A DNA stretch of 64,000 nt from Nitrospira sp. (GTDB taxonomy: Bacteria; Nitrospirota; Nitrospiria; Nitrospirales; Nitrospiraceae), in assembly GCA_019636815.1 (NCBI GenBank), contig JAHBWT010000003.1, positions 8,086 through 72,085 of the forward strand, in the 5' to 3' direction. The notes below the pieces were generated by a model that saw only the letters and a list, made by a program, of their open reading frames with translations, was not told the DNA's origin and did no database searches. Both the position numbers and the translations under genes were made by a program. This document shows positions 29,031 to 38,064 of the stretch, in pieces; the stretch's first letter is position 1; each line of letters starts with the position of its first letter.

Positions 29031-29231
29031 CTAGACAGTGACCGTCTTAACCGCCGCTTGTACTTTGTACACCATTTCCGGTGGGATCGAGTTAATCTTG
29101 TGACACTGTTTGGCGTGCGTGGCGACAAGTTGCATGAGTTCCGCTTCGGTCTCGGCTCGCACCTGGAATCCACAGCCGCCGCGCGGTTGAACATCCAGAC
29201 ACCCCAGTCGTTTGTATTGCTTGTCCGCCAT
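29031..29231 (-). CDS. DUF1059 domain protein
   Basis: 66 aa; C-DV-..CGFQVRAETEAELMQLVATHAKQCH..IPPEMV is a DUF1059 pattern. Confidence 0.75.
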   Translation of the reverse strand: MADKQYKRLGCLDVQPRGGCGFQVRAETEAELMQLVATHAKQCHKINSIPPEMVYKVQAAVKTVTV

Positions 29232-29684
29232 GAACTCCTCCTCTGGTTGGAGTTGAGTTGGCCTGGCGCAGGGACGAATCTATTGCCGTTGGAATAAGGC
29301 CTCTCGACGGGTCCACCATGAATTTAGGGTGCGTATCGATGATCGTAGTGGATTAGTGTTTCGAGATCAACCCTCTTGTTGGGACAGATGTGTGAGTGGC
29401 GATATCGCGGGAAGAGATCGGCCTTGTGGGCTGTGTAAGAGCCTCTTCGACAGAATTGATTATGCATCCGAGGATAAAAGTCAGAAGTGGGGAGGTTTTC
29501 CGGTCGGTCAATGATTATAACTAACCGGTCGGTTTTGTAGTTGTCAAGATAGAGTGGCAACGGCAGTGCCTCATGAGAATTCGGCTAGGCATCCCTGCAC
29601 GTTTCACGGCTCGGAATTATAGAAGATACACACCTAGCCCAGAGTTTGCTGCCTAAGCAAAGCCGAGAGGATATGGATAGTTCG

Positions 29685-29867
29685 TTACGCGCTCTGATTA
29701 CTGGCACTCGGCCACACTGATAATGCGACTGCAACGACCAGGTATACGACACCCGCAACGACTGCTCCGAGATTGATTTCGTACCATGCGTTAATCCCGA
29801 GGAACAGCTCATTCAGAAAAAGGCCTAGCACCAACATCACCACTCCAAGCCAATTCCAGAAACTCAT
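29685..29867 (-). CDS. small two-TM membrane protein, paralog 1
   Basis: AAGGAG RBS; 60 aa. Shares LGLFxNELxFxxxWYxxN with the ORF at 30003..30188. Confidence 0.55.
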   Translation of the reverse strand: MSFWNWLGVVMLVLGLFLNELFLGINAWYEINLGAVVAGVVYLVVAVALSVWPSASNQSA

Positions 29868-30002
29868 GGGCGGTCTCCTTTCTTTAGATGGTCTTCACAC
29901 TTCCGTGGATAACCCGAGCCAACTCAAGTGAACTTCACCCTCAGGACCAGAAAAAGAAAGATTGCGTGTTGCGTTGTATCAGGCCATTAACTAAATAGAC
30001 CG

Positions 30003-30188
30003 TCAAGCTTCCTGGGCGTGTATGCCTCCCCAGAGTGAGAGCCACAGTGCAACTCCGTAGTACATTGCAGCGACAAAAACCAAGGAAAAGTTGGCATCGT
30101 ACCAGACGTTCAGAAAGACGAGCTCATTGAAAAAGAGACCGAGAAACAACATGAGAAATCCGATAACATTAAACCAACGAAGTCCCAC
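30003..30188 (-). CDS. small two-TM membrane protein, paralog 2
   Basis: GTG start with AAGGAG RBS; 61 aa; paralogous to 29685..29867. Confidence 0.55.
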   Translation of the reverse strand: MGLRWFNVIGFLMLFLGLFFNELVFLNVWYDANFSLVFVAAMYYGVALWLSLWGGIHAQEA

Positions 30189-30425
30189 GATTAGCTCCTT
30201 CTAGTGATGATCGCCGACTAAACATATACATCTACTGATCGCTTAAGGAGGTCATTCTTCAGGATTGCGGCCAGATTGTACGCCGTCTCTCTTATGAAAA
30301 TCTACAGCTAACATTACGGATAAAGAACTGAGACCTGGATGTGGTACATGTTTCACTGGTTCGGCCTGGACCGATATTATTATGTATTGGGATAGTCTCT
30401 ATCAGGCCAGGCGCTGAATGGCCAT

Positions 30426-31502
30426 ATGCCAAGAATTATTGCGCACTTAGATATGGATGCGTTCTTCGCGGCGATTGAGGAACGTGACACTCCCGCGTTT
30501 CGAGGGGTCCCGCTTGTTGTGGGTGCCGATCCTCTTGATGGCAAGGGGCGCGGAGTTGTCTCTACATCGAACTACCTAGCACGAGCCTATGGTATTCACT
30601 CCGCGACGCCGATCTCCACTGCGTGGCGCTTGTCGGAAGCGGCTCGTCATGCAGGTAAGCCCCCGGTAATCTTTGTTTCGGTCGATATGCCGAAATACGC
30701 ACGGGTGTCTGAGGAAGTGATGCGAACCGTACGGCGCTTCATCGCGAAAGTCGAACAAGCCAGTATCGACGAAGTTTACGGTGATCTAAGCTGGACGGAA
30801 TCCTACGAAGAGGCGGAGCGAATCTGTCGCCGCTTGAAAGAGGCGATTGTATCAGAAGTGCGGCTGACGGCTTCAGTCGGGATCGGACCGAATAAGTTGA
30901 TCGCCAAGATTGCTTCGGGATGGCAGAAGCCAAATGGGCTCACAGTGGTGCGCGAGGAGGAAGTCGAGACTTTTCTGTCTCCACTTTCGGTCCGCGTGAT
31001 CCCTGGCATCGGTCCCAAAACGGAGACCATGCTGAGGGAGAAGGGGATCACGATCGTCAATGATCTGAGACATCTGTCCGTGCATGTGCTCGAACAGCTA
31101 CTAGGGAAACGGGGTGTGGCTCTCTATAGCAAGGCTTGTGGGCAGGATGACTCGCTAGTCGAAGAACATTCGGAGGTGCAATCAATCAGTGAGCAGGAAA
31201 CGTTTGAGTCCGATACGCTCGATAGCCACACACTGTTCACTCGACTCGACAGCCTTGCTCGAGGTGTGATGGATCGCCTGACTCTCGAAGGGTTTGAGGC
31301 TTTTCGGACCGTAGTGCTCACGGTTCGTTTTGCGGACTTTGAGACCAAGTCGCGTGCCCATACCTTGGCCGCAGCAACGCGCGATCCGGGAGTATTACAG
31401 CGTGAGGGGCTAAAATTGCTTATGCCGTTTCTCGACCGCCGTGAAAACATCCGCCGAAAACGCATCCGTTTACTTGGCCTTCGCCTGGAAAAGCTGGTCT
31501 GA
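30426..31502 (+). CDS. dinB: DNA polymerase IV
   Basis: IAHLDMDAFFAAIEERD, SIDEVYGDLS, and the rest of a Y-family polymerase core. Confidence 0.92.
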   Translation: MPRIIAHLDMDAFFAAIEERDTPAFRGVPLVVGADPLDGKGRGVVSTSNYLARAYGIHSATPISTAWRLSEAARHAGKPPVIFVSVDMPKYARVSEEVMRTVRRFIAKVEQASIDEVYGDLSWTESYEEAERICRRLKEAIVSEVRLTASVGIGPNKLIAKIASGWQKPNGLTVVREEEVETFLSPLSVRVIPGIGPKTETMLREKGITIVNDLRHLSVHVLEQLLGKRGVALYSKACGQDDSLVEEHSEVQSISEQETFESDTLDSHTLFTRLDSLARGVMDRLTLEGFEAFRTVVLTVRFADFETKSRAHTLAAATRDPGVLQREGLKLLMPFLDRRENIRRKRIRLLGLRLEKLV

Positions 31503-31944
31503 TTGGCCAACCATGGAGCAATTGATCAAACCGTATGGGGGGAAGTTGTGACGTATTAGCGGAGTAGTGCATCTGCAGGATCTGCAGGAAGATATACAGA
31601 ACTTATACTTCTGCGAAGGAAGACTATAGTTGCCTGTATGTTTTTTCATCAAGATTGCAATTAAACATGAAATCATATGCTTATGCGTTAATTCCAACGG
31701 AAGTGTGAATCAATCTCCCTCCGCTCATCGGATATGACGGTGTATTCATTTTCGATCTTGCCAGCATATCCTTCATAAATCCAAGCGTATGCCCGTAATT
31801 GTCATATAGGCATGAAACTTGCTCACCCAAAGACATACACGTGAGTTGCACCCTGGAGGTGTCGTGGGAGTAGGCTCAGGAGCAAAGATCGTCCGTAACG
31901 GATCACGCCCATACCGAGCGGATAGCCTCAAGGGTAGGGTGGCT

Positions 31945-32307
31945 ATGGCGGGCATGCTTCGGCAGGGCAAGGCTTCTGTTCACTCGCGCAGATTCGAGGC
32001 TCGGTGCAATGAACAAAAGGTATGTGCTTATGGGTTATGTGAGTCAACCGATGGAGAGCGTTTGGTTATTGAACAGGGTGAAGCATACTGTCTGAACCGA
32101 AGTGAGCATGGCATTCTGGTTCTGATGGGAGGGCGGCCTCGATTCAGACAACATATTGAGTTCCATGTTTCGGAAACTCGTTGGGAACATTCCTTGAACT
32201 TGTACGAAGTGCAGTGGACTAAAGCTGTACCTGTTGAGTCCCATGGTGAACTGTTTCTAGTCGGGTGTCGGCTGGTATTTGAAGCGTCTCGATACTGGGC
32301 GTTCTAG
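31945..32307 (+). CDS. PilZ domain protein (putative c-di-GMP binder)
   Basis: RRFEAR (RRxxxR) followed 30 aa later by NRSEHG ((D/N)xSxxG). Start taken at MAGM inside track ORF 31819..32307. Confidence 0.45.
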   Translation: MAGMLRQGKASVHSRRFEARCNEQKVCAYGLCESTDGERLVIEQGEAYCLNRSEHGILVLMGGRPRFRQHIEFHVSETRWEHSLNLYEVQWTKAVPVESHGELFLVGCRLVFEASRYWAF

Positions 32308-32519
32308 GAGCGGTTCGTACGATTTACCAAGCCCACTTCTCCTCAACCCCGCTTCCTCTTCAGATGGTCTCCAGAGCCTCAATATGGCGTTCCTCATTGA
32401 TAGGAGCGTCTTCCTAGACATACCTACATTCTCTGTGTCCCTAGAGAAATCGTTACCTACGTTGTTCAAGATTATGAATACAGATTGATTGCCAGCCAGG
32501 ATGGCTTTATCCTGCCCGC

Positions 32520-33962
32520 GTGGTGCTCTGGTTCGTCATTCTCTACCTCATCCTGTCGGTCGGTATCGGACTTTTCGCCGCGACTCGCGTACAGAATTCA
32601 AAAGACTTTGCCGTTGCTGGAAGATCCCTGCCCCTCGCCGTAGTCACGGCAACGGTGTTTGCGACCTGGTTTGGTGCTGAAGCCGTCTTGGGCATCTCGG
32701 CGACATTCGTTAAAGAGGGGCTGCGTGGCGTGGTGGCCGACCCTTTCGGATCGAGTATGTGTTTGATGCTCGCCGGACTGTTTTTTGCGCCACGGTTGTA
32801 TCGACTCAACATGCTGACGGTGGGCGATTACTATCGGTATCGTTATAACCGCACCATCGAAGTTCTCTGCACGCTGTGCATTGTCGCCTCCTACTTGGGC
32901 TGGGGCGCGGCCCAATTCAAGGTGCTTGGACTGGTGCTCAATGTCGTGACGGAAGGAATGGTCAGTCAGTCGGTGGGCATCATGATCGGTGCGGCCATCG
33001 TTCTAACCTACACGACGTTTGGCGGTATGTTCTCCGTGGCGATCCTCGATTTTGTTCAAATATCAGTGATCATGGGAGGATTACTCTACATCGCATCGAT
33101 CGTGGGGGAGATGGCGGGTGGGGTTCCAACGGTCATCTCACATGCGGCTGTGGCCGGGAAACTGGACTTGTTCCCACCGGCCACCCTCACGGCATGGATT
33201 CCCTTTATCGGAGCTTGGATGACCATGATGCTCGGCTCGATCCCACAGCAAGACGTATTCCAACGGATTACTTCTGCAAAGAATGAGCGGACGGCTGTCA
33301 GGGGATCGTTATTGGGGGCTGGGCTCTATTTTGCATTCTGTTTTATCCCGATGTTTCTCGCATACGCCGCCACACTGATTGATCCAGCCAAATTTGGTGC
33401 GCTTTTAGAGCGGGACTCTCAGCTTATTCTTCCGACCCTCATCCTGGAGCACACTCCACTCCTGGCTCAGGTCATTTTTTTCGGAGCGGTTCTGTCTGCC
33501 GTGATGAGTTGTTCAAGCGCAACCTTGCTCGCTCCATCGGTTGCGCTGAGTGAGAACGTCATTCGGCCAATGTTTGCACAGGTCAATGATGCGGAGTTTC
33601 TCCGCCTGATGCGCGTTGTCTTGCTGGTGTTTGCAGCAGTGGTATTGACCATTGCGCTGTGGTCGGAAGCCACCATCTACAAGCTCGTGGTGAATACCTA
33701 TAAGGTGACTCTCGTGGCGGCATTTATCCCCTTGGTCGCCGGGCTCTATTGGAAGAAAGCCACGACACGGGGGGCTCTTTTCGCCATTGTCGCAGGCCTT
33801 ACGAGCTGGTTGGTAGGCGAATTATTGAGTCAGCCCACCGATGTCTGGCCGCCGCAGCTCATTGGGTTTCTGATGGCAGGAATGGGCATGCTGGTGGGAT
33901 CGTTATGGCCTCCACCAGCGCGTGCATCTGAGACTCCAACGGAAAGAGTAGAGAACGGGTGA
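32520..33962 (+). CDS. sodium:solute symporter family transporter
   Basis: GTG start; DFAVAGRSLPLAVVTATVFATWFGAEAVLG is an SSS signature. Confidence 0.9.
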   Translation: MVLWFVILYLILSVGIGLFAATRVQNSKDFAVAGRSLPLAVVTATVFATWFGAEAVLGISATFVKEGLRGVVADPFGSSMCLMLAGLFFAPRLYRLNMLTVGDYYRYRYNRTIEVLCTLCIVASYLGWGAAQFKVLGLVLNVVTEGMVSQSVGIMIGAAIVLTYTTFGGMFSVAILDFVQISVIMGGLLYIASIVGEMAGGVPTVISHAAVAGKLDLFPPATLTAWIPFIGAWMTMMLGSIPQQDVFQRITSAKNERTAVRGSLLGAGLYFAFCFIPMFLAYAATLIDPAKFGALLERDSQLILPTLILEHTPLLAQVIFFGAVLSAVMSCSSATLLAPSVALSENVIRPMFAQVNDAEFLRLMRVVLLVFAAVVLTIALWSEATIYKLVVNTYKVTLVAAFIPLVAGLYWKKATTRGALFAIVAGLTSWLVGELLSQPTDVWPPQLIGFLMAGMGMLVGSLWPPPARASETPTERVENG

Positions 33963-34028
33963 AAACGGCGTGCCGCCTAGCCCTCGACCAGCCTCATTTT
34001 GCCAGAGAGATTCATTGTTTTGGCATGC

Positions 34029-34391
34029 TTAGTGATCCAGCGCGAAGCGTACGGCCCGACGGATGTCTTCCGGTGTGAAGGGTTTCTGAATCACGCGTCG
34101 TGCGCCGAAGAGTTTGGCGACGTTGAGAAAGTTCTGATCACCGGTTGCGCCGGTGATGGCAATGACTCTGGCGTCTAGGAATTCTTGTGTCAGAGCGAGC
34201 GTGACTTCCATCCCATCTCGCTCCGGCATCAAGATGTCAGTGATGACAAGATCAGCAGGTGCTTCTCGATAGAGCATGAGACCGACTTCGCCGTTCGCGG
34301 CTTCGCGAATCCGGTGACCATCTTCTTCAAGAATGCGACGCAACAAGGTCCTGATCGGTGCGTCGTCATCGACAATCAAAATAGAAGCCAT
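34029..34391 (-). CDS. single-domain response regulator (CheY-like)
   Basis: ILIVDDD, DLVITDILMP, KPF. Confidence 0.9.
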   Translation of the reverse strand: MASILIVDDDAPIRTLLRRILEEDGHRIREAANGEVGLMLYREAPADLVITDILMPERDGMEVTLALTQEFLDARVIAITGATGDQNFLNVAKLFGARRVIQKPFTPEDIRRAVRFALDH

Positions 34392-34458
34392 GTCGTCCCC
34401 CTCGGCTGCGGATCCGCGAACGAGTCCGCTTGAACAGCAAGTCGCCGATCATTCGCCA

Positions 34459-34710
34459 TCAGGCCGCTCGCATGATGACAGCATGTGTCTCGGTGCGGAC
34501 GTCGGGTTCCTCGTAGGGTAGTTCGTGGCGTGGTGGTGTCAATGCCGGTTGGTTTTTAGCGAGACGATGTTTCTCGATGACCGGATCGAGCACATTGCCG
34601 CAATTCATGCAACGGTATCCGCTGGCCCACATATGCCCGATGGTCCCGTCAAAATCCAAGAAATGATCTCTCACCAAAAGCCCCTGACAGCGTGAACAGT
34701 TCATAATCAT
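34459..34710 (-). CDS. small C4 zinc-ribbon protein (paralog of 14960..15196)
   Basis: CSRC-x25-CMNCGNVLDPVI. The third-codon ATG (34704) has better spacing to the AGGGGG RBS. Confidence 0.6.
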   Translation of the reverse strand: MIMNCSRCQGLLVRDHFLDFDGTIGHMWASGYRCMNCGNVLDPVIEKHRLAKNQPALTPPRHELPYEEPDVRTETHAVIMRAA

Positions 34711-34971
34711 CCCCCTGTGATAAGTTTCCGTGGCCGATGTCCGTTGTCAGAAGCATAGCCAAGGGGTTGAGACAAAGGTAGACACGGAGGAAGTACTACG
34801 GAAGGAGGGGGCTACGACGATGGAGAATCCAGCCTGCTGACAGTGTCGCTGTCGACAGAAAGAACTCCTGACAGGTAACGGACCGGAACAAGTTTTTTCA
34901 GCTCAGGCCTCCTGAATTTGGTAAGCTCCACATTGTTTTCTTCTCCGACGAATAGGGGGTAAGCTGAGCGT

Positions 34972-37284
34972 ATGTCATTTCGGATCTCGCCAGGTTTGGC
35001 TGTATGGATAAGGAGGAGCCTGGTTTGGTGCCTTGGAATTGCCGGGATCGGCGTGTTTGCGCTGGCAGGATACGGACTTTTCCTCTCCACGAGTCTGGCC
35101 TTGCCCAAGAGCGACGAACATCCGCCGTTGCTGATCTATGGCGCGCCGTTTTTTCTCACACCGGGGCTCCATCCCGCGGACGAGGGCTTGTTCGACCGTC
35201 TGCATCGTTTGGAGTATCGACCGGTCAAGGCCAAACCGAAGGCGGCCGGTGAGTATTTTGCAACCACGAATTCGATCGAGATTTTTTTGCATGCTCAAGA
35301 AGAAAGCCGGCTTCCTGCCCGATTAGTCCGACTGACGTTGGCTGACGGGATCGTGACCAAGGTCTTGTCCGCCGTCGATGGTCAACCCCTCTCGCTCGTG
35401 AGGCTCGAACCGGCGTTGATCAGCGGAGTGCGCGGCGGTACCAAACAGCTTCGGGAATGGACTCCGCTGGATCAGATGCCTCCCGTCTTGATTAAGACGC
35501 TTCTGGCCATTGAAGATCGACGCTTTTTCTCCCATTTCGGATTTGATCCGATTGCCGTCGGGCGGGCGCTGTGGACCAATATCACCCGTGGGGCGATCGT
35601 GCAGGGCGGGAGCACACTCACTCAGCAATTGGCCAAAAATCTCTTCTACTCCCCTCGACGCACCCTTGGACGGAAGTTCCAAGAATTCGTGGCTGCTCTG
35701 GCGCTCGAGTTCAAGTACCGCAAGCAGGATATTTTGGAAAGCTATATGAACGAGATCTATCTGGGCCAAGCCGGCCCGGTCTCCATCTACGGTGTCGGAG
35801 AAGCGGCCCATCGGTACTTCGGCAAACCACTCGATCAACTCTCGATCGAAGAAATTGCGCTGATCGTCGGCCTCATCAAAGGTCCCAATAACTATTCGCC
35901 TGTGAAAAACATCGACGCTGCGACCAAGCGTCGAAACGTGGTGCTTCACCGCCAGCGGGAAGAAGGCATCGTGACGGAGGAGGCATTGCAATCGGCGTTG
36001 ACTCAGCCGGTGAAGGTTGTGTTGACTGATGACGCACTCACGGATGCTCCGTACTTCGTCGATTATCTGCTCAGAGAAATCGAACAGGGGACGGGCGCGG
36101 TCATTCCCGAAGGTGCACGAATCTATTCGACGCTCGACTCCAGAGCGCAGCAAATTGCGGCGCAGGTGTTACACGAAGGCCTCATGAAACTTGAGAAGAA
36201 CTATCCTCCGTTAGCCGAAGCTGATCCGCCGCTTCAAGGCGCTGCGGTGGTGTTGGATGTGAGGCGCGGTCATGTGTTGGCGATGGTGGGTGGGCGGGAC
36301 TATCGAGTGAGCCAGTTCAACCGCGCGGTGCAGGCCCATCGATCAGCGGGTTCTTTGTTCAAACCGTTTGTGTATTTGGCTGGATTTGAAACGGCCCGCG
36401 GGCAGGGGGCGAATGGTCTCACGCCGGCGACGTTGTTGGCAGATGAACCGGTGACCTTGGAATCAGGGACCGGTCCCTGGTCGCCTCAAAACTATGACCG
36501 GCAGTATCGAGGGCAGGTGACAGTCCGATCGGCACTTGAGCAGTCATTGAACGTTCCGGTCGTCAAAACGGCTCACCGGACCGGGATGACGGCACTTACG
36601 CACCAGCTCCAAGCTTTCGGCATTACTACTCCCTTGGCGGATAACCTATCCCTCGCGCTTGGGACTTCCTCGGTGTCGTTACTTGAAATCACGGCTGCGT
36701 ATGCCGGACTTGCCAATGGAGGGGTAGTCATTCGTCCTGTGGCGCTGTCCAACCTGACGCGTGAAGGGGGAGAGACCGTCTGGAGTCCACCCCTGGATCG
36801 ACGTCAGGCAGCGACTCCGCAAGGAGCGTTCCTCGTCACGTCGCTCCTGAAAGGAGTGGTGGATCACGGTACTGCTTCCAAAGCCAGAGCTCTTGGGGTG
36901 CAGGGGCCGGTCGCAGGCAAGACCGGGACCACCGATGGATCTCGAGACGCCTGGTTCGTCGGATATTCGCCGGACATCGCGATCGGCGTGTGGATTGGGT
37001 TTGATGATGAGCGATCGATCCATCTGACCGGTGCGCAGGCTGCTCTCCCCATCTGGAGCGAACTGGCCGTTCGGCTCATCCCGCGGGATCTCCCGGATTT
37101 TGAGATACCGACAGGGGTCGTTCAGCGTCGGATTGACCCCAGAACCGGTCAACTTGCGACGTCACGATGTCCGGAAAACAGACCTGAGTTCTTCATCGCG
37201 GGGACGGAGCCCACGACCTATTGTGAAGTTCACGGAGGAGGGATTTGGGAACGAGTGAAGCAGACGCTTGGCTTGTCCTCATAG
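34972..37284 (+). CDS. penicillin-binding protein 1A (GT51 transglycosylase + transpeptidase)
   Basis: EDRRFFSHFGFD, GGSTLTQQL, SLFKP (SxxK) and KTGTT motifs. Confidence 0.92.
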   Translation: MSFRISPGLAVWIRRSLVWCLGIAGIGVFALAGYGLFLSTSLALPKSDEHPPLLIYGAPFFLTPGLHPADEGLFDRLHRLEYRPVKAKPKAAGEYFATTNSIEIFLHAQEESRLPARLVRLTLADGIVTKVLSAVDGQPLSLVRLEPALISGVRGGTKQLREWTPLDQMPPVLIKTLLAIEDRRFFSHFGFDPIAVGRALWTNITRGAIVQGGSTLTQQLAKNLFYSPRRTLGRKFQEFVAALALEFKYRKQDILESYMNEIYLGQAGPVSIYGVGEAAHRYFGKPLDQLSIEEIALIVGLIKGPNNYSPVKNIDAATKRRNVVLHRQREEGIVTEEALQSALTQPVKVVLTDDALTDAPYFVDYLLREIEQGTGAVIPEGARIYSTLDSRAQQIAAQVLHEGLMKLEKNYPPLAEADPPLQGAAVVLDVRRGHVLAMVGGRDYRVSQFNRAVQAHRSAGSLFKPFVYLAGFETARGQGANGLTPATLLADEPVTLESGTGPWSPQNYDRQYRGQVTVRSALEQSLNVPVVKTAHRTGMTALTHQLQAFGITTPLADNLSLALGTSSVSLLEITAAYAGLANGGVVIRPVALSNLTREGGETVWSPPLDRRQAATPQGAFLVTSLLKGVVDHGTASKARALGVQGPVAGKTGTTDGSRDAWFVGYSPDIAIGVWIGFDDERSIHLTGAQAALPIWSELAVRLIPRDLPDFEIPTGVVQRRIDPRTGQLATSRCPENRPEFFIAGTEPTTYCEVHGGGIWERVKQTLGLSS

Positions 37285-37387
37285 GTAGCGCTCTCGCCAC
37301 GCCGGGGTGCTGAATTCCACAAACTGTTAGGCAGATCCCCGGTCTTCAGGTAACCTTCGGGAGACTGGCCTGCACAGAGGAGTCTCC

Positions 37388-37831
37388 ATGAAAAAGACCG
37401 GCTATGCGGACGACGACAACATTACGCTCTTGGCAAAGGGCGTCGAGCTGAAGGGTGAAATCAAAGTCGAGGGCACGGTGCGCATAGATGGGCGCCTGGA
37501 AGGTGATGTGCATACGAAGGGCGAAGTGATCGTCGGCGAAGATGGTGTGGTGAAGGGCGCCATCCATGCCGATTCGGTGATCAGTAGTGGACGCATCAAA
37601 GCCACCGTCACGGCCACAGGGAAAATCCAGCTTCTCAAAAACGCCATTCTGATCGGCGAGGTGCATTGTCCCACGATGCTGATGGAGGAGGGGGCCAAAT
37701 TTCAGGGCGTGAGTGATATGGGTGTCACCGGGTGGCCGGAAGAAGCGCCGAAGTTGCCCAGCAATGTCCGAGATATGAATGCCCATCGTGGGAAGGCGGT
37801 TGCATTGATCGGAAGAGAAGTCGATCTCTAA
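37388..37831 (+). CDS. bactofilin family cytoskeletal protein
   Basis: KGEIKVEGTVRIDGRLEGDVHTKGEVIVGEDGVVKGAIHADSVISSGRIKATV is the beta-helical DUF583 repeat pattern. Confidence 0.85.
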   Translation: MKKTGYADDDNITLLAKGVELKGEIKVEGTVRIDGRLEGDVHTKGEVIVGEDGVVKGAIHADSVISSGRIKATVTATGKIQLLKNAILIGEVHCPTMLMEEGAKFQGVSDMGVTGWPEEAPKLPSNVRDMNAHRGKAVALIGREVDL

Positions 37832-38064
37832 ACTCCTCCTGCCTCCGGTCCCCAGTGTCATCCGCTTATCGGGTGATCTCCTTCCTTCCGTCACGAATTC
37901 AAACGAGAATGGCAATGAGACCGGCTGCTTCGTCGGAGCAGTCTTCTGAAGACGTCCACGCGCCTGGCGTGTGGATCCGAGGCCGAGGCGGGAGAGCAAT
38001 GGTTCCTGCCCCTTTGCCTATCCCCTTCTCATAATTAGTCGCTAGGGAAGATGAAGTAGCCTAG

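Noticed and set aside
29324-29560. 78-aa minus-strand ORF in the AT-rich spacer, and a TTGACA..TATAAT pair inside it.
   Set aside because: The ORF has no RBS and an odd composition. The promoter-like hexamers are 22 nt apart, which is too far for a standard sigma70 promoter.
29553-29568. Sigma54-like TGGCAACGGCAGTGC on the plus strand.
   Set aside because: The GG-N10-GC spacing fits, but -12 is GTGC rather than TTGC. No plus-strand gene follows for more than 800 nt; the downstream genes are on the minus strand.
30189-30425. LexA/SOS box upstream of dinB.
   Set aside because: Only weak partial matches are present (for example CAGTAGATGTATATGT). Nothing fits CTGT-N8-ACAG or GAAC-N4-GTTC well enough, and the LexA motif of this lineage is unknown to me.
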